In this document: positions 36,453 to 64,000 of the stretch, piece after piece
How positions within the stretch are numbered: position 1 is the first letter of the stretch
Layout: every line of letters begins with the position of its first letter
From: the human T2T-CHM13v2.0 reference genome, Homo sapiens
NCBI RefSeq assembly: GCF_009914755.1
Contig: NC_060925.1
Reading direction: 5' to 3' (one strand)
DNA length: 64,000 bases
The notes under the pieces: model-generated
What the model was told of the DNA's origin: nothing
The model's input: only the letters and a program-made list of their open reading frames with translations
The model's database searches: none
Position numbers and translations under genes: made by a program

Positions 36453-36849
36453 AACATGAGAACAGTAATTTATTTATTTATTTATTTTTTCCTCTCGAGA
36501 CAGAGTCTCGCTCTGTCACCCAGGCTGATCTCAGCCTGGGTGTGATCTGGGCTCACTGCAACCTCCACCCCGGGGTTCAAGCAATTCTCCTGGCTCAACC
36601 TCCCAAGTAGCTGGGATTACAAGTGCCTGCCACCACACCCATTTAATTTTTTTGTATTTTTGGTAGAGACGGGGTTTCACCATGTTGGCCAGGCTGGTCT
36701 CAAACTCCTGAGCTCAGGTGATCCACCCGCATTGGCCTCCCAAAGTGGTGGGATTACAGGCATGGCCCACCGCACCCAGCCGAGAACAGGAATTTCTACC
36801 TATATTTCCTTCCTTACTGTGTTGTGTGTGTTTGTATGTGTGTGTGTTT

Positions 36850-36980
36850 AATTTGTAGCATTTGCCAGTTTCTGTGGTGTAAATACTCCCACTACAGCTG
36901 TTTTCAAGCTAACATTGTGATACCACAAAAAATGGAATTGGGAAGGCACAATCAAGATTAACAAGCCAGTTTAGACCAAG
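36850..36980. mobile_element. MER63-like (hAT-Blackjack) fragment
   Basis: AGCATTTGCCAGTTTCTGTGGTGTAAATACTCCCAC...TTTCAAGCTA resembles the MER63 consensus. Confidence 0.65.
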
Positions 36981-38030
36981 ACAATTTTTCTGCCCTATTA
37001 GTTGGGCACAAGTTAGAAAGGCTGATAGTATCTCATGTTGGAAAGGTGAGAGAGAAGGGCCCTCATGCATTATTAATGGCATATGCATTGAAGTGCCCTT
37101 GTTTGAGGGCAATGCTGTTAGTAACTTTTAAAATATGAGATGTCATACTTTTTGACTGAAAATACAACTCTTGTAGGATTCTATTTTATAGAACTACTTA
37201 GGTGCATAAATATACAAAAATAACTGTCATTGCAGCATTATTTGTAATAGTGGAAACAGAAGACTTTTCATTAATAAGAGAATGGTTAGGCCAGATCCAG
37301 TGGCTCACACCTGTAATCCCAACATTTTGGGAATCCAAGGCAGGAGGATCGCTTTAGCCTAGGAGTTGGAGACCAGCATGGGCAACATAACAAGACCTTG
37401 TCTCTACTAAAAAAAAATAATAATAATTAGTCTGGCATGGTGGCACACCTGTACTCCCAGCTACTTGGGAGGCTGGGGCAAGGAGGATTGCTTGAGCCCA
37501 GGAGATTGAGGCTGCAGTGAACTGTGATCACACCACTGCACACCAGCCTGGGTGACACAGCAAAACTCTGTCTCAAAAAAAAAAAAAAAAAAAAGCACTT
37601 CGGAGGTCGAGGGAGGCGGATTGCCTGAGCTCAGGAATTTGAGACCAGCCTGAGAAAAATGGTGAGACTCCATGTCTGCAAAAGATATAAAAATTAGCTG
37701 GCTGGTGGGCGCCTGTAGTCCCAGGAACTGGGGAGGCTGAAGTGGGAGGATGGCTTGAACCTCTGGGAGGCGGAGACTGCAGTGAGCCGTGACCCACCAC
37801 TGCACTGCAGCATGGCCAACAGAGCCAGACCCTGTCTCAAAAATAAAATAAAATAGGCCAGGTGCAGTGGCTCACACCTGTAATCCCAGCACTTTGGGAG
37901 GCCGAGGTGGGCGGATCACCTGAATCAGGAGTTTGAGACCAGCCTGACCAACATGGAGAAACCCCGTCTCTACTAAAAAATACAAAATTAGCTGGGCGTG
38001 GTGGCGCATGCCTGTAATCCCAGCTACTCA

Positions 38031-38135
<105 letters not shown>

Positions 38136-38570
38136 TCAAAAATAAATAAATAAATAAATAAAATAAAATAAATAAAAATTAGCCAGGCATGGTGATGCGA
38201 GCCTGTGGTCCCAGCTACTCAGTAGGCTGAGGCAGGAGGATCACTTCAGCCCGGGAGGTTGAGGCTGCAGTGAGCCATGGATTGCACCACTACACTCCAG
38301 CCTGGGTGACAGAGTGAGACCCTGTCTCAAAAAGAAAAAAAATGGTTAAATAGTTCATAATATATCTGTGCTGTGGAATATTGTGAAGCAATTACAACAA
38401 GTTAAGTAGACTATACAGGGGAGGAGGGCCAAGACATTTGAGAGCAAAAAGCAGGCTGCCAAACTGTATATAACACGATTCCATTCCAAAAAATAATTCT
38501 GTTTGCATGTGGATAAAAACAGTCTAGAAAGACACAAGATAAAAATGAAGGTTACTTGGGAAAAGAGTGA

Positions 38571-39160
<590 letters not shown>

Positions 39161-39474
39161 TGATCTGTCCGCCTCAGCCTCCCAAAGTGCTGGGATTACA
39201 GGCGTGAGCCACCGCGCTCGGCCGTACCTGTCCTTCTTGGGAAGGCTTTCCAGGTATTTGAAGGGACTTAGGTGTTGTCATCTAAGCTGTCTCTGCATTA
39301 GGCGGCACCCCAAGCTCAGTAATGCTGTGGTCCCTGCAGCCTCATAGAGTACCACCTTGGTGGTCCTGAATAAGAGCCAAAATAATTCTCTGGATTACCA
39401 GGTAGAAATTCCTATTCTCTTCTTGTATTTTCTTCCAAACAAACAGAGTCTCTCTCAAAGTCTCAAAGCCATTT

Positions 39475-39558
39475 GTAGTGGCATAAGGATCTTGCCTGTG
39501 AATAGCCACTGCTCTCCAGCTTGGGCAACATAGTGAGAACTCATCTGTCAAAAAAAAA
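39475..39558 (+). repeat. 7SL-derived 3' fragment (FAM / 7SL retrocopy) with A tail
   Basis: GGATCTTGCCTGTGAATAGCCACTGCTCTCCAGCTTGGGCAACATAGTGAGA matches the 7SL RNA 3' end (GTGAATAGCCACTGC) rather than dimeric Alu. Confidence 0.7.
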
Positions 39559-40523
39559 TTTTATAGTAATGCTGAAATCTAAAATCGTATTATAACCTCT
39601 CTCAACCCACCATTTCCCTTTCCAGGGACCAAGTTACTCCCTTCCTCCCCTTTCCCCAGGAAAGCCTACTTCCTGCTTTAATTCCATTATAATTGGCAGA
39701 TTTCATTTATTTTTATTTATTTATTTTGAGACGGAGTCTCGCTCTGTCGCCCGGGCTGGAGTGCAGTGGCGTGATCTCGGCTCACTGCAAGCTCCGCCTC
39801 CCGTGTTCTCGCCATTCTCCTGCTTCAGCCTCCTGAGTAGCTGGGATTACAGGAGCCCGCCACCACGCCGACTAATTTTTTGTATTTTTAGTAGAGACGG
39901 GGTTTCACCGTGTTAGCCAGGATGGTCTCGATCTCCTGACCTCGTGATCCGCCCGCCTTGGCCTCCCAAAGTGCCGGGATTACAAGCATGAGCCACCACG
40001 CCCGGCCGCTTTCATTTATTTTTTATTGCTGGAAAATGTTTCAGAAGTTCCTTACTTTTTTCCCAGAGTGTCATTATAAGTAAGACTATATAAAACTCAT
40101 TTTCAACTGCCACTATGACTCAATTTTACACACATGCGCGCGCATCCCCCACCCTCGCCTGCCCACATTCTTAGTGTTGTTTTGTGTGTTTAAATTAGCG
40201 CAGATGGTACCATATCATATATGTCATTCTGTGGTTTATCTGGTTCACTCAACAATGTGTTTGATATGTTAGGTTCTTTCCTTTAAGCTACCTTGTAGTA
40301 TTCTTTTGTAATAATATACTGCATTTTATCTACTCCCCCTTGATGAGCATTTAGACTGTTTCTATTTTTTTGCTATTACGAACAATGCTCTGATGAACAT
40401 TCTTGAATGTTTCCTAACGTGTACATGTGAGTGTCTCTATGTTATAGGTTTATTGGGTAATTTAGCATGTGTAATTTTCAGTTTTATTAGGTGCTATCAA
40501 GTTTTTTTTTTTTTTTTTTTTGA

Positions 40524-40628
<105 letters not shown>

Positions 40629-41250
40629 TAAGTAGCTGGGATTACAGGCACCCGCCATCATACCCGGCTAATTTTTGTATTTTTAGTACAGACGAGATTT
40701 CATCATGTTGGCCAGGCTGGTTTCGAACTCATGACCTCAGGTGATCCACCCGCCTTGGCCTCCCAAAGTGCTGAGATTATAGGCATGAGCCACTGCACAA
40801 AGCCTTAAACATTGCCTCAAACCTCAGTGACCTTTGCCTAGAGGTGTAAACCTTGACTCTAATCTACCCCGACTAAAGGACTATGACTCTGGAGCATAAT
40901 CTTGGCAGGAAGCATGTTAGAACTGCCCTTCTCATTGCCAGTCTCTGATTTTATTTGTTTGATTTAGCACAGATTAGGGGAAAATCTGAATATCCATAAT
41001 CAGACAGGTTCACTGGTCTGAGAAGGGTGTGGAGGTTGAGCACAAAATTTCCTCTCCCTATTCCAGAACTTGGGAGTTACACAGTTCAGTGAACCCTTGA
41101 AGGTAGAACATCAGAGGAACAGAGGGTACAGAACTGAATGTGTAAACTGTTGATCTTCTGGGCATTCCTGGTTGTGAGCTTTCCCAGTATGAGAGGTGCT
41201 CAGAACGGGGTGGGCCAGGCCTAGTGGTTCAGGGGAATAACGTGTTCTGA

Positions 41251-41529
<279 letters not shown>

Positions 41530-41577
41530 TGATCTGCCCGCCTCGGCCTCCCAAAGTGCTGGAATTACAGGTGTTAG

Positions 41578-41763
<186 letters not shown>

Positions 41764-42729
41764 TAAAAAAAATTTTTTTTTGTAGAGATAAGGTCCCATT
41801 ATGTTGGCCTTGAACTTGAACTGCTGGGATCAAGTGATCTGCCAGCCTTGGTCTCCCAAAGTGCTGGGATTATAGGCGTGAGCTACTGTGCCTGGCCTTA
41901 TTTTAAGCAATGCCACCAAAGGGCTGAGGAAGGAATGAAGACTAGATGAACTAAAATTTCAGAGAGGGGAGAACTTTTCTGAGGTGAGTTGAGTATATAC
42001 TTAGGATTGGGTTTAACCTAGACAGAATGCCTCTCCTTGGGAAGACCATCAAAAGTTTCTGGTGGCCATGCAAAGCAAGTTGGAAACTTAAGGGGCCTCT
42101 AACTATGGCCAGTTTTACCTATGGAATATTTGCTGAACACTGGGAATGTGCAGGAGCCTGGAGAGTCAGGCTAAAAGCTCCTAAAAGGCAGACTGAATCT
42201 CCTATGGTCTGGAATTATTGATTAAAAAATGAAGATCTGCTGAGGCAGAGCAGGGAGAAGAGCCTCAATTACTCAACTGGTCTTCTCCTCCTCAAGATAT
42301 TTGCCAGATTTTGAGTCTGCATGAAGTAGAAGCCTGGAGAGCTAGCTCAATATCATTCCGTATTTCAGGGCAGAGAGGATGAATACCTGTCCAGTTTTCA
42401 ATCAAAGGTTGTGAGAGGCCGGGCACAGTAGCTCACATCTGTAATCCCAGCACTTTGGGAGGCTGAGGTGGATGGATGGCTTGAGTCTAGGAGTTCAAAA
42501 CCAGCCTGGGCAACATAGTAAGACCCCCATCTCTTAAAAAAAAAAAGAAAAAGAAAAGAAAAGAAAAATTAGCCAGGCATGGTGGCACGCACCTGTGGTC
42601 CCAGCTACTAGGGAAGCTGAGGTGGGATGATCACCTGAGCCCAGGAGATGGAGGTTTCAGTGAGCCATGATTGCACCACTGCACTCTAGTCTGGGTAACA
42701 GAGCAAGGCCATCTCAAAACAACAACAAA

Positions 42730-45590
<2,861 letters not shown>

Positions 45591-46134
45591 TTGCAAGACA
45601 AACTCAGTTCCTGCCTTTATGGAACTTTTAGCTTAGTAAGGCAGTCTTTCAAGTTATGACGAATGCTATGAGAGGTGTTATAGAATTGAATTACAGAGGA
45701 TATAAAACTTCAAAAATCCTCAGGGGATCCTCAAGGGGGACTCACATACTAGTGCAGCCATGGATACATTGGATATGTTTTCTTTCTCATCTTTCTGTTC
45801 TAGTCCCTTGGGACAGACCTTGCGTAGGTCAAGAAAGAATCCTTAACTGTATTGGAGTTGAAGGTTCAAATCCCATTCTCTTAAAAAGTGGAGTAGTGGC
45901 CCGGGCACGTTGGCTGACGCCTGTAATCCCAGCACTTTGGGAGGCCAAGGCGGGCAGATCACCTGAAGTCAGGAGTTCGAGACCAGCTTGGCCAACATGG
46001 TGAAACTCCATCTCTACCAAAAATACAAAAATTAGCCAGGCATGGTGGTGGGCACCTATAATCCCAGCTACTCAGGAGGCTGAGGCAGGAGAATTGCTTG
46101 AACCCGGGAGGTGGAGGTTGCAGTGGGCCAAGAT

Positions 46135-47892
<1,758 letters not shown>

Positions 47893-48124
47893 AAATTCAC
47901 CAGTTTGATTCAAGACAGTTTCCAGCCCCTGCTATGGAGTTACACTGAGAAGGAAACCCCTGGAATTTAGTTTCACCCCTACACTTCCAATGGAATTTTT
48001 CTGTTTCTTTAGAGGTGGGCAAGGGCCCTTGACAATAAGGAAACTTTCAGACTTGTCTAAGGTCCCACAGAGAGTGCTTGATCCACCTGAGCTATCACAC
48101 CCCACAGGGTATACACAAGTGTAT

Positions 48125-48163
<39 letters not shown>

Positions 48164-48293
48164 TGACAGGGTCTTGCTCTGTTGCCCAGGCTGGAGTGCA
48201 GTGGCGCCACCTTGGCTCACTGCAACCTCCCTCGGGTTCAGGCGATTCTCCCACCTCACCCTCCCAAGTAGCTGGAATTACAGGCCTGGCTAA

Positions 48294-48434
<141 letters not shown>

Positions 48435-48730
48435 TGATTCCTTTTTTTATTCTAGCTTCAAGATTCAGTTCTACCGTTATCGGCTGTGTGACTGGGTAAA
48501 TCACTACACCGCAAGCCTCGGTTTCCTATTTACCAAATGGGTCGAATAATGCCTGCCACATGGGGCTGCTCTGAGGAGTACAGATGTAAGAGATCCTGTG
48601 TTCACTGATATTTTCATGTGGGCTTTTTGATAATGATACAAAAGGAACATGAGAACTGTGACTTCTAGGCCGGGCGAGGCGGCTTACTCCTGTAATCCCA
48701 GCACTTTGGGAGTCCGAGGCAGGCGGATCA

Positions 48731-48989
<259 letters not shown>

Positions 48990-49049
48990 TCAGGATCAGC
49001 GTCTTTAAGTGGCCACCTCCCCACCCCACCTTCATGCCTCCCTCCTCCT

Positions 49050-51538
<2,489 letters not shown>

Positions 51539-51627
51539 AATACAGATGCATTATCCAGAACTGAAGTTGCCCTACTTTTAACTTTGAACTTGGCTAGTTC
51601 AAAGATAGACTCTTCTTTTGTAAAGTA

Positions 51628-51633
51628 AATAAA
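51628..51633 (+). terminator. PSMB4 polyadenylation signal AATAAA
   Basis: AATAAA 90 nt after the stop, with TGTA upstream and a GT/T-rich tract downstream. Confidence 0.88.
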
Positions 51634-52429
51634 TTCTTCAAAATGCTTGCTGAGTGGTTTTTGTCTGACTGGGTCACACCAAGTGCAAAACTGCTGAGTA
51701 CTGCCATGTGCCATCTCCCTCCCTGGTCGGAGAACCCTTGTGGTCTTGCAGCACACACAGAAATTCTCTCTGCACAATACAGAAAGACACACTAGCGTCA
51801 TTTGGAGCTGTATTAGAAGCAGAGCTTCCTGTAGAAGCCAGACTTAATTTTTGTGTGCTAACTGGCTTTTGTGTTCAAATTCCCCTCCCAAATCTTCCTC
51901 CACTGCACTGGATTATCAAATACAGATTTCTTAATGTTGGCTGTGATTTTCATTAAAATACCACTTTAAAAATAATCTAGTAGAACTATTCTGCATCAGG
52001 TTGCCCTCAAGTCAGCTGGGGCATCAGCCATCCCTGGAATGGTTCTAAACCTGAATATTTTAGAGACAAAAGTCTCATTCTGTTGCCCAGGCTGGCGTGC
52101 AGTGGCATGATCATAGCCTACTACAGCCTTGAATTTCTGAGCTCAAGCAACCTCCTGCCTCAGCCTCCCAAGTGCTGGGATTACTGGCATGAGCCATCAT
52201 GCCCAGCTTGAATTTTTAAAATGAACACTGTAGGCGATTCTGACACATATCCTCTCCAAACTTCTTGAGAAAGAAAATATAGGCAGCAAATTCAAAGTAC
52301 AGAAATTCAGTGAGAACTGAAGGAAAAAATAAAACCATCCCTCCATTTGCATTGTCCGTTAACAACAAACTTGTAAAGCCAAACAATGAGCTTTCAATCT
52401 GAAACCTCCACACATTCAGTCTCAACACA

Positions 52430-54510
52430 GGAAACAGTCAATAAATACATGTTTATTGATTAAACTGAATTATAAAAAACAAAACCAAAAAAAAATTTCC
52501 TTCTACTACTAAGCCATGCAGGCAGAGTCCACAAAGACAACTTCCTGGCCAAAACCCAGCTGATCCACTGTTGGTATAATCTTAAAAAAAATTACCCATC
52601 AAGAAAGTCAATCGTGTGCAGAAGACAGGAACCCCAGCTCTGCTAAGGCTGTGGCTGCTGCAGAGACTACCAAAGAGTAGGATTAGGTTGTAGATAGACG
52701 TGACCAACCATAGTTCTTGAACTTTCTCAAAGGCAAAGGCTGACTTCAAAGTCCATTGTCTGTCAATAAAATGGCATCAGGCAAAAAGCTGGGGAAGAGA
52801 AGCCCAGATGGATCCTTGGTTGTTTTCAGATGTCAAAGGTTCACAAAGCTGGCCAAGCTGTTTCTGGAAGGGACTTTTCCAGTTCACTATATTATAGTGT
52901 GCTGGGGGATGAAAAAACAAACAAACAAAAAAGCAGGGTGGGGTGGGAGAAATGGGTGGTAACAAATGTCACACCTGTACCACCAGGCCCATCACATCTT
53001 GAGCATTCCCCAGTCTGTGAAAGCCTATTAAACAGGGTCACCTAGAAAAAAAACAAGTTTATAAATCCATTTCCCCTCATTTTATTAAATGTTCCACTTA
53101 TGTACATTTTAAAGACGAACCATTTACAAGCTTGTGCAGTTTGCCTCCTTGGCTCACAGGAGGGGAACATTGTGGAAAGCCTCAGGATAAACAGAAGACT
53201 TGGTTTTTTGCTCCTTTTCTCTGTACGGTACAGTACGTTTTGGTTTACAACCATGAGTACATACAATTAAAAAAATCCCTCATGCAAATTGTAGAAAAAA
53301 TTTTCTTTCCTTGAAGCTGGCAGTGAAAAATAAAGATTCATGTCATTTTCTTTGTGCACACCCCTGTGCGCTTCTTCCTGTCAGATTCTTCCCTAAGTAT
53401 TAAGAGAAATAGGGGAAAGCCACAGAGCACGCTGGATTTCAACAAGTGGTCTTGTCTTTTTAAAGTTCAACACTTCTTGAACAATTAGCTCCTGGCTGTA
53501 GGACCAGTAATCCCTTAAACAGGCATGCTCTCCATCTAACAGGATGAAGTTCAGTAAAGCAGGGACTGCCCCTGGGGGCTTACAGGATGAAGACTCAAAC
53601 TGGGAATGGCTTCCACCCTAAAACTGTTTGATCGCTTCAGTATCTCTTGCTTGCTAATAACACCTGTATGATCCTTTGTCCAGAGGGATGGATGGTGTTG
53701 AGAATGGGGAAAGGGGCCAAGGATCACAAGTGCAAAAAATATTGTTTATGTCATGTTTTGGAGGGAAGGTGGTGAGGAAAAGACAAATCTATTCATTCTG
53801 GATAATTAAAGGTGGTTTCATGCATTTTTAAAGCCACAATTTTATATCTAGGGTTGCTGTAGAAACCAACATCTCTGGAGAGGGAAGGAAAGAAAAGGAG
53901 AAGGAAGAGAGAGTTCAGTGGGACTTTTTTTCCATTTTCATTTTTATATAAAAGTGTTAAGACCACAATGAAAAAAGTTTTTTATCCATATATATAATAA
54001 ACCAGTTTGTGAGCTACATAATTTGTCTTTCCCATCTTCAGAAATGTTCTCACATTAACAATGATTAGATAGCATCATGCCCAAAGACATTGGCCACACA
54101 ATAAAACAAACAAAAAAACCCAGTACTATGATACAATTGAGGTAAAAGGGGAAACAAAAAAATTTAACATTTGCCCACAAATAATTTTTTTTCTTTTTCT
54201 TAATTTTGTCAGAAAAATACCAAACACAGTGATTTAAATTTAAAAAAAAAAAAAGTCACAAAAACCTGTTTTTAGCAGAAGTGAATGACCAATGGGCCAG
54301 CTCCTTGGCTCAGACGTGATTACTATTGGTTTTCCTAATTAATCCACAAATCCACAGGGAAGTGTAAGTCAACTTCAGGGGGGAGTGGTGGTATAAAATT
54401 AAAAAATAGAAACCAAATACCCCACCTGGTATGCCCCCTTTTCCCTAAGCCCCTTTACCCTCCCTCACATGTTCCCACCCCCACTCCACACCCCCTCATG
54501 ACCCCAACAC
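52430..54510 (-). other. POGZ: POGZ 3' UTR (about 2.1 kb)
   Basis: Repeat-free, U-rich sequence between the stop codon and AATAAA at 52452-52457; a proximal AATAAA lies at 53081-53086. Confidence 0.85.
52452..52457 (-). terminator. POGZ distal polyadenylation signal AATAAA
   Basis: tttatt on the plus strand at the end of the repeat-free UTR block. Confidence 0.8.
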
Positions 54511-62098
<7,588 letters not shown>

Positions 62099-63581
62099 CT
62101 GTAAGAAGAAAAGTAATCAATAAATCCACTTGAAAATAAGACAAAAGTCCTGCTGACTCACAATCTTTATTTTCTCTGCCTCCTTTATTTTGATTTTCAA
62201 CAATCAGTAAATCATAGGTCCCTTCTGTTCTTTCTTTAAATGGCTCCACCTTAACATATATGTTGCTGATAATCTTATGTACGTAGCTCAGACTTCTTAC
62301 CAAAGCTTCATTCTAGATTTTATCTATAAGACATTTTAAATTGGTTATTCTATCGTCAACTCTAACCTAATTCAGCATCCTCCTGTCTTACCACTGTTTC
62401 CCTTTTTCCTTTCCCCATTTCTTCCTGAGCTCAAAATTTAGGCACTATCTCGGATTCCAAACCCTGCATTCTGTCACCATTATTTCAAACTGCATGTAGG
62501 AACTGTCACTTCTCTATACTTATAATAAGGCAAAAACTTGGTACTAGCCCATATGATTTCCCACTGCTAATCAGCTGGCCTCCAATACCTCCTACTCTCT
62601 TTGAAATTGTCCATTTTGTCAAGCTTATGAGAAAAAATTTTGACAAAATTTTATGACACAAATTAACAATTTTGTCAAACTTCTGAGACAATTTTTGGTA
62701 ATTTCATGTTGGCCAGGTTGGTCTCGAACTCCTGACCTCAGGTGATCTACCTGTCCCAGCCTCCCAAAGTGCTGGGATTATAGGTGTGAGCCACCGTGCC
62801 TGGGCTTTTTTTTTTTTTTTTTTTTTAAGAGACAGAATCTCACTGTTGCTCAGGCTGGAGCATGATCATAGCTCACCGCAGCCTCCTGAGTAGCTAGGAC
62901 TATCCTTTGAGCTCAAGCGAGCCTCCTGTTTCAGCCTCCCAAGTAGCTAGGACTACAGTGGTGCACCACCATGCCCAAGTAATTAAAAAAAATTTTTTTT
63001 TGTAGGGACAGGGTCTCGCCATGTTGCCCAGGCTGGTCGGAAACTCCTGGCCTCAAGCAATCCTTTTGTCAATCCACTTCAGTTTCCCAAAGTGCTAGAA
63101 TTACAGGTGTGAGCCAGTGCACCGGCCAATTTTGGTAAGACTTTTAACTGCTACATATTTTTAATTATACAGTATGGCAAAAAGAGAGAGATTATTTACA
63201 TTTTTGTCACTTTAATGGAATTAGTTTCAAGTTTTTGCAAATATGAAAACTGGAAGCTTAAAGCCTTGGGCATTTACTGGACAATGTCTAACCTCCCCCC
63301 GCCCCCAGCCCCCTACACCCCAGCCAAAGAAATATGAATAAAGTTGAAATAATTCTTTTTTCTTTTTTTAACTACCTAGAACCCTGGATTTTTGTTTTGA
63401 GACAGAGTCTCGTTCTGTCTCGCACGCTAGAGCGCAGTGGCTCAATCATGGCTCACTGCAACCCTGACCTCCCAAGCTCAAGCAATCCTCCCATCTCAGC
63501 CTCCCAAAGTACCAGAATTACAGGTATGAGCCACTGTGCCTAGCCAAGTAATTTTTTAAAGTAAAACAAACAAACAAAAGC

Positions 63582-63741
63582 CAGGGGTTCTTAATCTGGG
63601 GTCTATGGAACAGGCCTCTAGGAATCCAGGCTTTCTCTGAAATTATTTGCAAAAGAGTAAAATGTAGATTTTTCTAGGAAGAGGATTCACACATTTCATA
63701 TTTATTCTCAAAGAGGTCTGCAACTCCATTTAGAAACACTG
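63582..63741. mobile_element. Old hAT-Charlie MITE (MER103-like)
   Basis: CAGGGGTTCTTAATCTGGGGTCTATGG...TTTAGAAACACTG termini. Confidence 0.55.
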
Positions 63742-64000
63742 TCTACAGGTACATTAGGTGCTATGAGGACATGGATAAATAAGAAATTCTGCATAAAGGA
63801 ATGAGGAAAAGCTATAACAACATATAAAAGCTGAATTGTCAAAGAATGGGGCTCAGCCAGCCAGAGAGAGGACCAAGAGAAAAGCAGGAGGAAAGGCAAG
63901 TAGGTATGAAAGTTAACCACATGTTTGGGAAACAGTTAACTAGCAACATAACGATATTATCTCTTTTCCACTCACCCCCCGATTTGTTTACCTCTCTCAT

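Noticed and set aside
45835-45885. tRNA-like T-loop GGTTCAAATCCC
   Set aside because: No cloverleaf or acceptor stem found; most likely a MIR-type B-box remnant.
63965-64000. Possible next POGZ exon (ctcac donor-like motif)
   Set aside because: The adjacent translation does not match the expected POGZ zinc-finger sequence; the next exon appears to lie outside the window.

Overview
Human (or very close primate) genomic DNA. The gene content and order match chr1q21.3 (recognised from the translated proteins). The window holds three protein-coding genes. SELENBP1 is complete (minus strand, 12 coding exons, 22368->14228, 472 aa methanethiol oxidase). PSMB4 is complete (plus strand, 7 exons, 49297-51538, 264 aa proteasome subunit beta7). 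POGZ is represented by its last nine exons and 3' UTR (minus strand, zinc fingers plus a domesticated pogo transposase) and converges on PSMB4. Exon boundaries were read by hand from splice sites and sum to intact reading frames. The rest is very Alu-dense and also carries old L1/L2/MIR pieces, a deleted MSTA (MaLR) provirus, ERV1-type LTRs, an ERVL pol/dUTPase fossil and DNA transposon MITEs. Almost all ORFs in the supplied track are Alu or low-complexity artefacts. I found no new protein-coding system. The most unusual unexplained structure is a set of locally templated insertions: short copies of nearby DNA, some with fold-back strand switches, pasted into Alu/L1 bodies at about 8.9, 17.5 and 43.4 kb, plus several smaller fold-back scars. 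Other notable items: a palindromic two-way poly(A) signal between PSMB4 and POGZ, a 25-nt POGZ micro-exon that gates the transposase reading frame, and a GC-AG donor on a skippable SELENBP1 exon. Repeat family names are from memory of consensus sequences, and repeat boundaries are approximate.
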